Source of the DNA: an uncultured Solirubrobacterales bacterium
GTDB lineage: Bacteria > Actinomycetota > Thermoleophilia > Solirubrobacterales > 70-9
Length of the DNA: 64,000 nt
Direction: 5' to 3'
Assembly: GCA_963730145.1 (NCBI GenBank)
Contig: CAVSQT010000006.1
Span: forward strand, 48,430-112,429
The notes under the pieces were generated by a model. The model saw only the letters and a program-made list of their open reading frames with translations, ran no database searches and was not told the DNA's origin. Below are positions 1 to 10,497 of the stretch, in pieces. The position numbers and the translations under genes were made by a program. Within the stretch, counting starts at the first letter, position 1; every line of letters begins with the position of its first letter.

Positions 1-1542
1 GTCTCCTTCGGCGACGACTACCTCGGCACCTGGATCGCCGAGCGCTTCCTGCTCTCGCTCCGCGTGCGAGTGCTCGACCACGTCCAGCGCCTCTCGCTCG
101 ACGTCTTCAACCGCCACCGCCTCGGCGACCTCGTCACGCGCATCTCCAGCGACGTCCAGCAGATCGAGACGCTCGTCCTCTCCGGCATCGCCGACGGCCT
201 CTCGGCGATCCTCAGGATCCTCTTCTTCGGCACGGCGCTGTTCATCCTCGACTGGCAGCTCGCGCTCGTCGCCCTCGTCGCCGCGCCGGCCTTCTGGCTC
301 GATCGCCAAGCACTTCTCCCGCCTGATCAAGCGCGCCTCGCGCGAGAAGCGCCGCCGCGTCGGCTCGCTCAGCTCGCTCGCCGAGGAGACCTTCTCCAAC
401 GCCGCGCTCGTGCAGGCGACGAACTCCCAGGCCGCCGTCATCGCGCGCTTTCGCCGCCAGAACGAAGGCGTCGTCGAGGCCGAGCTGGCGGCGGCTCGCA
501 TCCATGGCCTGTTCACGCCCGCTGATCGACCTGATCGAGCTCGTCGGCGTCCTCGGCGTGCTCACGATGGGAACGCTGGCGATCGCCGACGGCTCGCTGA
601 CGCTCGGCGGCATGCTCGTCTTCATCGCCTATCTGACCCAGCTGTACTCGCCGATCAGGGCCCTGGGATCGCTCTCGAACCGGTTCTTCAAGGCGCTGGC
701 GGGCGCGGAGCGTGTGCTCGAGCTGCTCGACGAGGAGCCCCGCGTGGTCGACCGGCCCGGGCGCCGTCGCCATCGGCAGGGCTACGGGCGCGATCGAGAT
801 CGACGACGTCAGCTTCAGCTACCCGGCGGCCGAGCCGCCGGCGCTCGACGGGGTCTCGCTTGCGGCTCGAGCCCGGCGAGACGCTGGCGCTCGTCGGCGC
901 CAGCGGCGCCGGCAAGTCGACGCTGGCGAAGATGCTCGTGCGCCTGCACGACCCCGACGCCGGCGCGATCCGCCTCGATGGCCGCGATCTGCGCGAGATC
1001 GAGCTCGACGTCGCTGCGGCGAAACGTCGCGATCCTGTTCCAGGAGGCGCTGTCCTGCACGGCACGCATCGCCGAGAACATCTCCTTCGGGCGCCCCGAC
1101 GCGACTCCGGAGCGAGATCGAGGCCGCGGCCGAGGCGGCCGGCGCCGCCGAGTTCATCGCCGAGCTCCCCGACGGCTACGACCACGACATCGGCGAGCGC
1201 GGGCGCAACCTCTCCGGCGGCCAGCGCCAGCGCGTGGCGATCGCCCGGGCGCTGCTCGCCGACGCGCCCGTCCTGGTCCTCGACGAGCCCTCCACCGGGC
1301 TCGACGCGCAGACTCGCGAGAGCCTGCTCGAGCCGCTGCGCAGGCTGATCGCCGAACGCACGACGGTGGTCGTCTCTCACGACCTGCTCACGACCCGCGA
1401 CGCCGATCGCATCGCTGTGCTCGATCGCGGCCGCGTGGTCGAGCTCGGCTCGCACGACGAGCTCGTCGCCGAAGGCGGCGCCTACGCGCGGCTGTGGCAG
1501 CTGCACAGCACCGAGCGCCCGCGGGATACGGTGCTCGCATGA
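1..1542 (+). CDS. ABC exporter, fused permease/ATPase (MsbA/CydC-like), 5-prime partial, multiply frameshifted
   Basis: Transmembrane-domain text ([17 protein letters not shown]), Walker [10 protein letters not shown], signature LSGGQRQR and Walker B VLVLDEPS are spread over three frames (ORFs 64-525, 410-1348, 504-, 712-1542). At least 6 frame changes. Confidence 0.85.
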
Positions 1543-2457
1543 GCACCGACCGACGCCCGCCGCTGGCGCCGGGCGAGCGAGCTCGCGCCCGGCTACGAGG
1601 CGATCGAGCATCTGCGCCGCGGCAACGACCTCGACGTCTACGACGCCTGGAGCACGGAGCGAGCAGCGCGCTGCATCGTCAAGGCGCTGCGACCGGATCG
1701 CGACGTCCCGCGCCGGCGCGCCAGCTCTGCTGCAGCGAGGGCGAGCTGCTCGAGCGCTTCACCCATCCGCACATCGTCCGCGCCTACGAGACGCTCGACC
1801 GAGCCGCGGGCGATGGTCGTGATGGAGACGCTGACGGGCGCGACCCTGTCGGTCGAGATCGCCGACGGCCCGCCGCCCGAAGCCGCCGACGTCGCTCACC
1901 TCGGCCTCCAGCTCGGCTCCGCGGTCGCCTACCTGCACCGCCACGGCGTCCTGCACCTCGACCTCAAGCCCTCGAACGTGATCGCCGAGGCCGGACGCGC
2001 GAAGCTCATCGACCTCAGCCTCGTTCGGCCGCCGGGCGACGCTCCGGCGGGCATCGGTACCTGGCTCTACCTCTCGCCCGAGCAGGCGCGAGGGGGCGAG
2101 CTCGGCCCGGCGGCCGACATCTGGGGGCTCGGCGCGGTGCTGTTCGAAGCGGCTTCAGGCGAGGGGCCGTTCGACGACGATCCCGACGCCTGGGTCGAGC
2201 CTTCCGTCGGAGACCGACACCGACGCGCCGGCCCCGCGCTACCCCCAGCTCGAAGGCCGAGCGCGCCGCGCCCGAAGCGTCAGGCCGACGCTCGACTCCG
2301 CCCTGGACGAGCTGATCGCCGACTGCCTCGAGCCCGATCCTGCCGAGCGACCTTCGACTCGTCGGAGCTGATGGTGCGCCTCGAGCAACTCGCCGAGCTG
2401 CCTGACCGCGAGCGGCGCTGGACGCGCGCCGCGAACGCTCACTCAGCCAGCCGGTAG
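1539..2457 (+). CDS. Ser/Thr protein kinase (Hanks-type), frameshifted
   Basis: ATG overlaps the ABC stop (ATGA at 1539-1542). Catalytic loop HLDLKPSNV, conserved Lys in CIVKAL, activation segment DLS...YLSPEQ. Text is spread over 3 frames. Confidence 0.7.
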
Positions 2458-3099
2458 CCCATCCCGCGCACGGTCTCGATCGTTTCCTCGCCGAGCTTTC
2501 GGCGCAGGTAGCTGACGTAGACCTCGACCACGTTCGAGCCCGGGTCGTAGTCGTAGCCCCAGACGTGGGCGAGCAGCTGCTCGCGCGAGAGCACCTGGCC
2601 GGCGTGGCGCATGAACGTCTCCAGCATCGTGAACTCGCGCGCGGTCAGGTCGACGACCGCGCCGTCGGCCATCGCCTTGCGGGTGCGCACGTCGAGCGTG
2701 ACCCCGCCGGCCTCGAGCACCGTCGGCTCGCCGCCGCGGTCGTCGCGGAGCTGCACCCGCACGCGCGCCAGCAGCTCCTCGAGCTTGAACGGCTTGGTCA
2801 CGTAGTCGGTGGCGCCGGCGTCGAGGCCCTCGACCTTGTCGTTGAGGTCGTCGCGGGCCGTGAGCACGATCACCGGCATGCGCTCGCCGCGCCGGCGGAT
2901 CTCGCGCAGCACGCTGAGCCCGTCGATGTCGGGCAGGCCGAGGTCGAGGATGACGAGGTCGAAGTCGCTGTCGGAGGCGATCGCGGTCGCCGAGGCGCCG
3001 TCGTCGCAGACCTTGGTCGCGTAGCCGCGCGACGCACAGCCCCTTGTCGATGAAGCTCGCCATGCCGGGCTCGTCCTCGACGATCAGGATGCGCTTCAT
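2439..3099 (-). CDS. OmpR-family response regulator (one frameshift near 3030)
   Basis: MKRILIVEDEP receiver start, DLGLPDIDG, LTARDDLNDKVEGLDAGATDYVTKPF, and a winged-helix C-terminus ending RGMGYRL. Confidence 0.9.
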
Positions 3100-4529
3100 C
3101 GGCCCACCTCCATCTCCCAGTGCCTGCTCGGGATCCTCGCTGCTCGATCGGGATCACGATCTCGAACCGCGAGCCCTCCCCGGGCCGGCTCGCGACCCGC
3201 ACGCGGCCACCGTGCGCCTCGGCGATCGCGCGCACGATCGCCAGCCCGATGCCCGGTGCCCTCGTAGCGCCCGCGGCTGTGCAGCCCGCGCGAGAAGCGC
3301 TGGAAGATCCGTCGCTGCTCGCTCGCCGGGATGCCGATGCCGGTGTCGCGCACCCAGATCGTCGCCTCGTCGCCGTCGACCGCCGCCCCGATGCCGATCT
3401 CGTCGCCGACCTCGGTGTGGGCGACCGCGTTCTGGGCGAGGTTCACGACCGCCTGGGTGAGGCGCTGGCGGTCGGCGACGATCGAGCGCGACGCGGTCTC
3501 GTCGACGCGCCAGTTTCGGTCGGCGATCGCCGCTCGCCTTGGCGATCAGCTCCTCGCACAGCGCGTCCAGCGGCACCGTCTCGAGCTCGAGGAAGTTGGC
3601 GCTCTCGGATTTCGCCAGCAGCAGCAGCTCGTCGACGAAGCGGCTCATGCGGTCGAGCTCGCCGGTGACCAGCGCGATCGCCTCGCGGCGGTCGGACTCG
3701 TCGGAGAGGTGGCCCTGGCGAGCAGCTCGAGGTGGCCCTGCGAGATCGCGATCGGGGTCCGCAGCTCGTGGCTGACGTCGCGGATGAACTCGCGCTGGCT
3801 GGCGAAGGCGATCTGGAGCCGATCGAGCATGCGGTTGAAGTGCCGAGCGAGGTCGGCGATCTCGTCGTCGCCCTCGACCTGGATGCGGCGGTCCATCTGC
3901 GTCCCGGAGACCGAGCGGGCCGCGTCGCGCAGCTCGCTCAGCGGCGCGATCACGCGGCCGACGATCGAGAAGGCGACGATCGAGCCGAGGAGCAGCACGC
4001 CGCCGGCGACGGCGGCGACGATCTGGATCGCCTCGTCGACCTCCTCGCGCTCGTCGGCGATGAAGCTGGCGACGACGAACGTGCCCAGGGTCCGAGCCGT
4101 CGCCCTCGACCGGGATCGCGACGTAGCGCACCGGGCCGCCCGGCGTGTCGATGTCGCCGCGCTCGACCTCCTCGCAGGGTGCGCCAGCGCGTCGATGAAG
4201 TCGCCGAACGAGAAGCTCGTCGTGTTGTCGCCGGCGTCGCGCCGCGGGGCGCCGCGCCGCGGGACCGTGATCAGCTCCTCGTCGTCGTCGGGCACGTTGC
4301 GCTCGAGGTAGGTCCTGAAGATCGCCTTGACGTCGTCGCCGAACGGCCTTCGGGTCTCGGGGTCGATGCCGGTGTCGGCCAGGGCTCGAAACTCGGCGAC
4401 CTCCTGCTGCAGGTCCTCCTCGACGCGGTCGTCGAGGCGCACGAGCAGCACCTGGCGCACGGCGAGCACCGAGGCGGCGGCCGTGATCGCGAGCAGGATC
4501 ACGTAGGAGGCGAGGATCCTCGTGCGCAC
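3096..4529 (-). CDS. Sensor histidine kinase (TM, HAMP, HisKA, HATPase), frameshifted
   Basis: H-box FIRDVSHELRTPI, N-box NLAQNAVAHT, G-box VRDTGIGIP. The stop TGA overlaps the regulator ATG (ATGA at 3096-3099). At least 3 frame changes. Confidence 0.85.
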
Positions 4530-4583
4530 GCCGCCGGTGATCCGGCGAGCCAGCGGCCGCCGAGCTTCCGCCTCGACTTCGGA

Positions 4584-5115
4584 TCAGTCGTCGTCATCGT
4601 CGAGCCCATCGTCGTCGGCGCTCGTCATCATCGTCGACTCGATCGGCGCAGCGGGAGGGGAAGGTGCGGGCGCGCGGCGGGGGTGCGGGCTGGTTCGACA
4701 TTCGTCCGGCGGAGGCCGCTTCGGTCGCCGATCCGCCCTTGTCGTCGCCGGCCGTCGTCCTCGCCGTCGTCGCCGGCGTGGGCGCCGGGGCGGGTGCCGG
4801 CGCCGGGAGCGGGCGCCGGCGCGGGGGCAACGGTGTCCTCCGCCGGCGCGGTGGTGGGGCCGGATCGGCGCCGTCTCCGCCGCGGTCGTCGTCTCGCTCG
4901 CGGTTTGCATCGCCGCCATCGCCCGGTTCCTGCGTCGAGCGGCATCATCGCGGTCGGCGATCATCGGCGGGCACGAGCTTGATCGAACCGAGCTCGACCT
5001 CGGGATCGCTGGCGAGCAGGCCGGGCAGGGTGAACACCGCGCCCACCGCCGCTATCAGCGCGACCACAAGCGCGATTCGAGCGACATCGTCCCAGCAGCC
5101 TGCGAACCGGACTGA
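4584..5115 (-). CDS. Hypothetical membrane-anchored low-complexity (Pro/Ala/Arg, acidic tail) protein
   Basis: One hydrophobic helix (IALVVALIAAVGAVFTLPGLL) is followed by a PAPAPAP/RRRR stretch and a C-terminal ADDDGLDDDDD. The frame and start are unresolved. Confidence 0.25.
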
Positions 5116-5163
5116 GACCAGCCTGAGGCTTTCCTGAGAGTTCTCTAATCGAATGGCCGTCGA

Positions 5164-6778
5164 TCAATGGCGGAAATGGCGGCGACCCGTGAAGACCATG
5201 GCCACGCCGGCGTCGTCGCAGGCGGCGACGACCTCGGCGTCGCGCTTCGAGCCGCCCGGCTGGATCACCGCCGTGGCCCCGGCGTCGATCGCCGCCAAGG
5301 GCCCGTCGGCGAAGGGAAAGAAGGCGTCGGAGGCGACCACCGAGCCCTCGCAGCGGGCGCTCGCTCGCCGAACGCGTCCTCGCGCCTTGTCGACCGCGAT
5401 TCGAGTCGAGTCGACGCGGCTCATCTGGCCGGCGCCGATCCCCAGCGTGGCGCCGTCGCGAGCGAAGACGATCGCGTTCGAGCGCACGTGGCGGCAGACC
5501 TTCCAGGCGAACAGCAGATCCTCCCATTGCTCCTCGCTCGGGCTGCCGCACGGTCGCCACGGTCATCGTCTCGCGCGTTTCGTCGATGCGGTCGGCGTCC
5601 TGGGCGAGAACGCCGCCGCGTACGCGCTTGATGTCGCGTTCGCGCGGTTCGTAGGGACCTGGCTCGCAGTCGAGGATCCGAATCGCCTCCTTCTGCGTCA
5701 GCACGTCGAGCGCGCCGGCCTCGAACCCGGGCGCGAGCAGGACCTCGACGAACTGCTGATGCAGGCGCTCGGCAAGGTCGGCAGTCGACGGGCCGGTTGA
5801 AGACGATGACGCCGCCGAAGGCCGAGACCGGGTCGCAGGCGAAGGCCTTCTCGTAGGCGTCGCGCGCAGTTTCGCCGGTCGCTGCTCCGCACGGGTTGTT
5901 GTGCTTGACGATCACGCAGGCCGGCTCGCGAGAACTCGTCGAGCAGGCGCCGAGCCGAATCGAGGTCGAGGACGTTGTTGAACGAGAGCGCCTTGCCGTG
6001 GAGCTTGCTCACGCCCGAGAGCACGTGCTCTCGGGCCGGTGACTCGGCATAGAGGGCGGCCTTCTGATGCGGGTTCTCACCGTAGGAGAGATCGAGGAGC
6101 TTCTCGTAGGACATCACGAAGTGGGTCGGGAAGACCTCGTAGCGCAGTCCGAACCAGCGGCTGATCGCGGCGTCGTAGGCGGCGGTGTGGGCGAAGGCCT
6201 CGTTGGCGAGCCAATGCCGGGTCTCGGCCGAGATCGCTCCGAGACTCGCCGATCTCGGCGAGCACGGCGTCGTAGCTCTCGGGCCTGACGACCACGGCGA
6301 CGTCGCGATGGTTCTTGGCGGCCGCGCGGATCATCGTCGGGCCGCCGATGTCGATGTTCTCGATCGCCTCCTGCTCGGTCACTCCCGGAGCGGCGACGGT
6401 CTCCGAGAACGGGTAGAGGTTGACGCAGACGAGGTCGATCGGCTCGATCTGCTCGGCCTCGAGCGTCGCCATGTGCTCGGGATCGCCGCGGCGCGCGAGC
6501 AGGGCGGCGTGCAGGCGCGGGTGAAGCGTCTTCACGCGGCCGTCGAGGATCTCGGGAGAGCCGGTGAACTCGGAGACGTCGGTGACCTCGATCCCGGCCT
6601 CGCGGATCGCCGCCGCGGTCCCGCCGGTCGAGAGGATCTCGACCTCGAGCTGGCGCAGGCCGCGCGCGAAGTCGACCACACCGGTCTTGTCGGAGACCGA
6701 GATCAGCGCCCGGCGAACCCTGAGCCCGCCGCCCACGGGCGGCGCCCCGCCCTGATCGATTTCGGCCTCGACGCCCAT
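5164..6778 (-). CDS. purH: Bifunctional AICAR transformylase / IMP cyclohydrolase, frameshifted (at least 3)
   Basis: [53 protein letters not shown], and the C-terminus QPGGSKRD...FTGRRHFRH, across 4 frames. Confidence 0.9.
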
Positions 6779-6789
6779 CGCGGCCAGTC

Positions 6790-7415
6790 TTAGGTCCCGA
6801 CCTCGATGCGGACAACGCGCGATCCCGGCTCGCACCGAGACGCGCCCCGCGGCGATCATCGCGATCGCCTGCGGCAGCAGCGCGTGCTCGGTCGAGTGAA
6901 TCGCCGCTTCGAGCGCTTCGCGATTGCGATCGGGCGGAATCGGCACCGCGCGCTGCAGGATGATCGGACCGGAGTCGATGCCCTCGTCGACGTAGTGGAT
7001 CGTCACGCCGGTGACCGCGACGCCGTGCTCGAGGGCCTGCCCGATCGCGTCGAGCCCGGGGAACGAGGGCAGCAATGCCGGGTGGACGTTGATGATGCGC
7101 AGCGCGAAACGTTCGATGAAGCGGGGCGAGAGCAGCTGCATGTAGCCGGCGAGGACGACGAGGTCGACGGCCATCGTGCTCGAGCCAGTCGGCGATCGCG
7201 AGATCGCGCGTCTCGCGATCCGCGTGCTCGTCGATCGAGAACGCCGCCGTCTCGATGTCCATCGCCGCGGCCCGTTCCAGCGCTCGCGCATCGGGCTTGT
7301 CGGACCCGACCGCGACCACCTCGATCCCGTCGCGACCGTGGAGCTGATCGAGGATCGCCTGAAGGTTGGTGCCGGCGCCGGAGGCGAGAACGGCGACGCG
7401 AAAGGTGTCGCTCAC
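6790..7415 (-). CDS. purN: Phosphoribosylglycinamide formyltransferase, frameshifted
   Basis: [54 protein letters not shown]. The true stop TAA at 6790-6792 is reached only after a late frame change. Confidence 0.85.
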
Positions 7416-7419
7416 GCAC

Positions 7420-8964
7420 TCAAGCCGCGCGGGCGGTCAGGGCCAGCTTGGGGAACTTGCCGCCGGTCGAACGCAGCATGTCGCCGTCGATCAGCGCGTC
7501 GACCTCGCGCAGCAGCTCCTCGGCGCGCCAGTCGTTGAACTCGCCGTAGCCCGGCAGCTCGTCGTAGTCGTACTTGACGATCACCTTGCTGCGCCCGCCG
7601 CGCAGGATCTCGACGGTCCGCGTCCGGCCGACGCTCGGGTTCGCCTCGCGAACGACGGCGAGGATCGCCCGCTCGACGCTGCCTCGGTCCTGAGCACTCC
7701 CGGACGGGCGCTCAGCGGCCCGCGCGGTGCGAGGACGAGCCTGCGCGGCGGCCAGCGGTCCATCGCAGATGTCGCAGCAGCGCGCCACGGGCGTCTCGGG
7801 CTCGGCTCGATCGCCGAAGTGCCTGAGGATCGCCCGGCGCCGGCAGACCCCGCCCTCGACGAACCCCCAGACCTGGCGATACTGGCGCCAGCGATGGTCC
7901 TTTGCCTCCGGGTCGTCGAGCTGGTTGATGAAGAAGACGTGCAGGCCCTTGTCGCGATTCTCGGCCAGCAGCACGCAGCGCGACGGCAGCCCGTCTCGCC
8001 CACCGCGCCCCGCCTCCTGGTAATAGGCCTCCAGCGACGACGGCACCACCTCGTGGATCACGGTCCGCACGTCGGCCTTGTCGACGCCCATGCCGAAGGC
8101 GTTGGTGGCGACGACGACCGGTGTCTCACCGGCCATGAACGCACGCTGGGACTCGGCACGGGCGCTGCGCTCCATGCCCGCGTGGTAGGCCGGGATCTCG
8201 CGGCCGAGCTCGCCAGAGAGCCAGCGCGCCGTCTCGTCGGTCTTCTTGCGCGTCCCGGCGTAGACGATCGCCGGCAGCGCGTCGGCTTCGGAGAGCAGGG
8301 CCAGGGTCGCGGCCTGCTTGGCGCGGGCCGAACCGGTCGCGACGACGTCGTAGGAGAGGTTGGGACGATCGAAGCCGGTCGTGATCCGCAGCGGCTCGCG
8401 CAGTCCGAGGCGGCGGACGATGTCGTTTGCGACCTGCGGCGTCGCCGTCGCCGTCGCCGCGAAGGTGGAATCGGCGCGCAGCGCCCGCGCGACCTGGCCG
8501 AGGCGAAAGTACTCGGGCCGGAAGTCGTGTCCCCATTCGCTCACGCAGTGCGCCTCGTCGACGACGAAGAGGCCGATGTCCGCCGCGGCGAGGCGGTCGA
8601 CGAAGCCCGGCGTCGCGAAGCGCTCCGGGGCCACGTAGAGCATCTTCACCTCGCCGCTCAGCGCAAGCTCGAAGGCGCGCCGGTTGTCGGCCGCGTCGCG
8701 CTGGGCGTTGATCAGGCCGGCGCGCCCGCCGAGGCTCTCGACCTGGTCGGTCATCAGCGAGACCAGCGGCGAGACCACCACCGTGAGCTGGCCGGAGACG
8801 AGCGCAGGGAGCTGGTAGCAGAGCGACTTGCCGGCCCCCGTCGGCATCACCAGCAGCACGTCACGACCGACCACGGCAGCCTCGACGGCCTCCTCTTGGC
8901 CCGGGCGAAAGCCGGCGTGGCCGAAGTGGCGCACGAGCGCCTCGTTGAGATCGAGATCGGTCAT
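7420..8964 (-). CDS. recQ: ATP-dependent DNA helicase RecQ family
   Basis: Intact 514 aa ORF with FRPGQ, MPTGAGKSLCYQLPA, VVDEAHCVSEWGHDFRP, TNAFGMGVDK and QEAGRGGRDG. Confidence 0.9.
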   Translation of the reverse strand: MTDLDLNEALVRHFGHAGFRPGQEEAVEAAVVGRDVLLVMPTGAGKSLCYQLPALVSGQLTVVVSPLVSLMTDQVESLGGRAGLINAQRDAADNRRAFELALSGEVKMLYVAPERFATPGFVDRLAAADIGLFVVDEAHCVSEWGHDFRPEYFRLGQVARALRADSTFAATATATPQVANDIVRRLGLREPLRITTGFDRPNLSYDVVATGSARAKQAATLALLSEADALPAIVYAGTRKKTDETARWLSGELGREIPAYHAGMERSARAESQRAFMAGETPVVVATNAFGMGVDKADVRTVIHEVVPSSLEAYYQEAGRGGRDGLPSRCVLLAENRDKGLHVFFINQLDDPEAKDHRWRQYRQVWGFVEGGVCRRRAILRHFGDRAEPETPVARCCDICDGPLAAAQARPRTARAAERPSGSAQDRGSVERAILAVVREANPSVGRTRTVEILRGGRSKVIVKYDYDELPGYGEFNDWRAEELLREVDALIDGDMLRSTGGKFPKLALTARAA

Positions 8965-9036
8965 TCGTTCAGAGTCTCTAGCGTGAGGCGGCGGAGAGTT
9001 CTCCCCGCACTCGCGATTGCACGGATGCGCACGTCG

Positions 9037-10469
9037 CTACCGAACGGGCTGCACGACGGGCAGCTCTTCGAGCGCGAACTTGCCGCTGATCTCGCCGTCG
9101 TCGCCGAGCGGGTAGTCGCCGGTGAAGCAAGCATCGCAGTGCACGTCGCGAGGCGTTCCGACCGCGTCGTAGACGCCCTCGAGCGAAAGGTAGGCGAGCG
9201 AGTCGGCGCCGAGCTCGGCGGCGATCTCCTCCACGGTGCGGTCGTGGGCGATCATCTCCTCGCGCGTCGACATGTCGATGCCGTAGTGGCAGGGGTTGCG
9301 GATCGGCGGGGCCGAGATCCGCAGGTGGACCTCGGCGGCGCCGGCGTCGCGCAGCATGCCGATGATCTGGCGCGTCGTGTTGCCGCGGACGATCGAGTCG
9401 TCGACGACGACGACTCGCTTGCCGCCGACGATCTCCGGCAGCGGGTTGAACTTCATCCGCAGGCCGTGCTTGCGCAGCTCCTGGCCCGGTTGGATGAACG
9501 TGCGCGCGACGTAGCGGTTCTTGATCAAGCCGTCGTCCTTGGGCAGCCCCGAGGCGCGGGCGAAGCCGTTGGCGGCGGCGTTGCCGGAGTCGGGAACGGC
9601 GATCACGAGATCGGCCTCGACCGGCGCCTCGCGAGCGAGGATCTCACCCATCTTCCCCGAACCTCCTGCAGCACGCGGCCCTCGAGGCGCGAGTCGGGCC
9701 GAGAGAAGTAGATGTGCTCGAAGACGCAGTGGGCCTTGCGGCCGGTGGGCACGACCTGGCGCGACTCGAGTCCGTCGGCCGTCAGCGAAACCGCCTCGCC
9801 GGGCTCGACCTCGCGCACGAGCTTGGCGCCGATGATGTCGAAGGCGCAGCTTTCGGAGGCGACGCAGTAACGGTCGCCGAGCTTGCCGAGCGACAGCGGG
9901 CGCACGCCGTGGGGATCGCGAAAGGCGACAACGGCGCGCTTGGTCATGACGACGGTCGAGTAGGCGCCCTCGAGGCGCGGCATCACGGCGGCGACGGCGT
10001 TCTCGATCGGGCGCACCTCCTCGATCGAAAGCAGCGCCGCGATGATCTCCGAATCGGAGCTGCCGCGAAACGAGATCCCGCGCTCGCGCAGCTCGTTGTA
10101 GAGCTCGACCGCGTTGGTCAGGTTGCCGTTGTGGGCGAGGGCGACCTCGCGACCATCGTCGCGCCATACGGGCTGCGTGTTCTCCCACGAGCTGCCGCCG
10201 GTCGTCGAATAGCGGACGTGGCCGATCGCCATGTCGCCGTCAAGCGCTCGCAGCTTCTGCTCGTCGAAGACCTGCGAGACGAGGCCGGTCTCGCGCAGGG
10301 TCGTGATGTGGCCGCCTTCGCAGCTCGCGATCCCGGCCGACTCCTGGCCGCGATGCTGAAGCGCGTAGAGCGCGAAGTAGGTGAGACGGGCGACATCGTG
10401 GCCGGGCGCGTAGATGCCGAACACCCCGCACTCGTCGAGGGGACCGTCACGGTCCGGAACATCGTCCAC
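9037..10469 (-). CDS. purF: Amidophosphoribosyltransferase (one frameshift near 9660)
   Basis: N-terminal [26 protein letters not shown] motif [13 protein letters not shown], and C-terminal Cys cluster CHYGID...[10 protein letters not shown]. Confidence 0.9.
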
Positions 10470-10497
10470 GCCGCAAGGCTAGCAATGGCCCCCGATC

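Noticed and set aside
6077-7291. An apparent purN-purH fusion ORF of 404 aa with no stop between the two enzymes.
   Set aside because: The adjacent frame ends with a typical PurN C-terminus (RVVRIEVGT) and TAA at 6790-6792, 11 nt before the purH ATG at 6778. The fusion is an artefact of a late frame change in purN.
7366-9711. A 781 aa plus-strand ORF, and similar long ORFs at 10504-11499, 14747-16297, 33450-34805, 38938-40491, 43903-44517 (minus strand) and 49829-51106 (minus strand).
   Set aside because: All of them lie antisense to genes with unmistakable conserved protein text (recQ/purF, purL, the sulfatase, clpB, dnaK, the secreted protein, argF). Their translations are Arg/Ala/Gly/Asp-rich low-information sequence. 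This is typical of open antisense frames in roughly 70% GC DNA.
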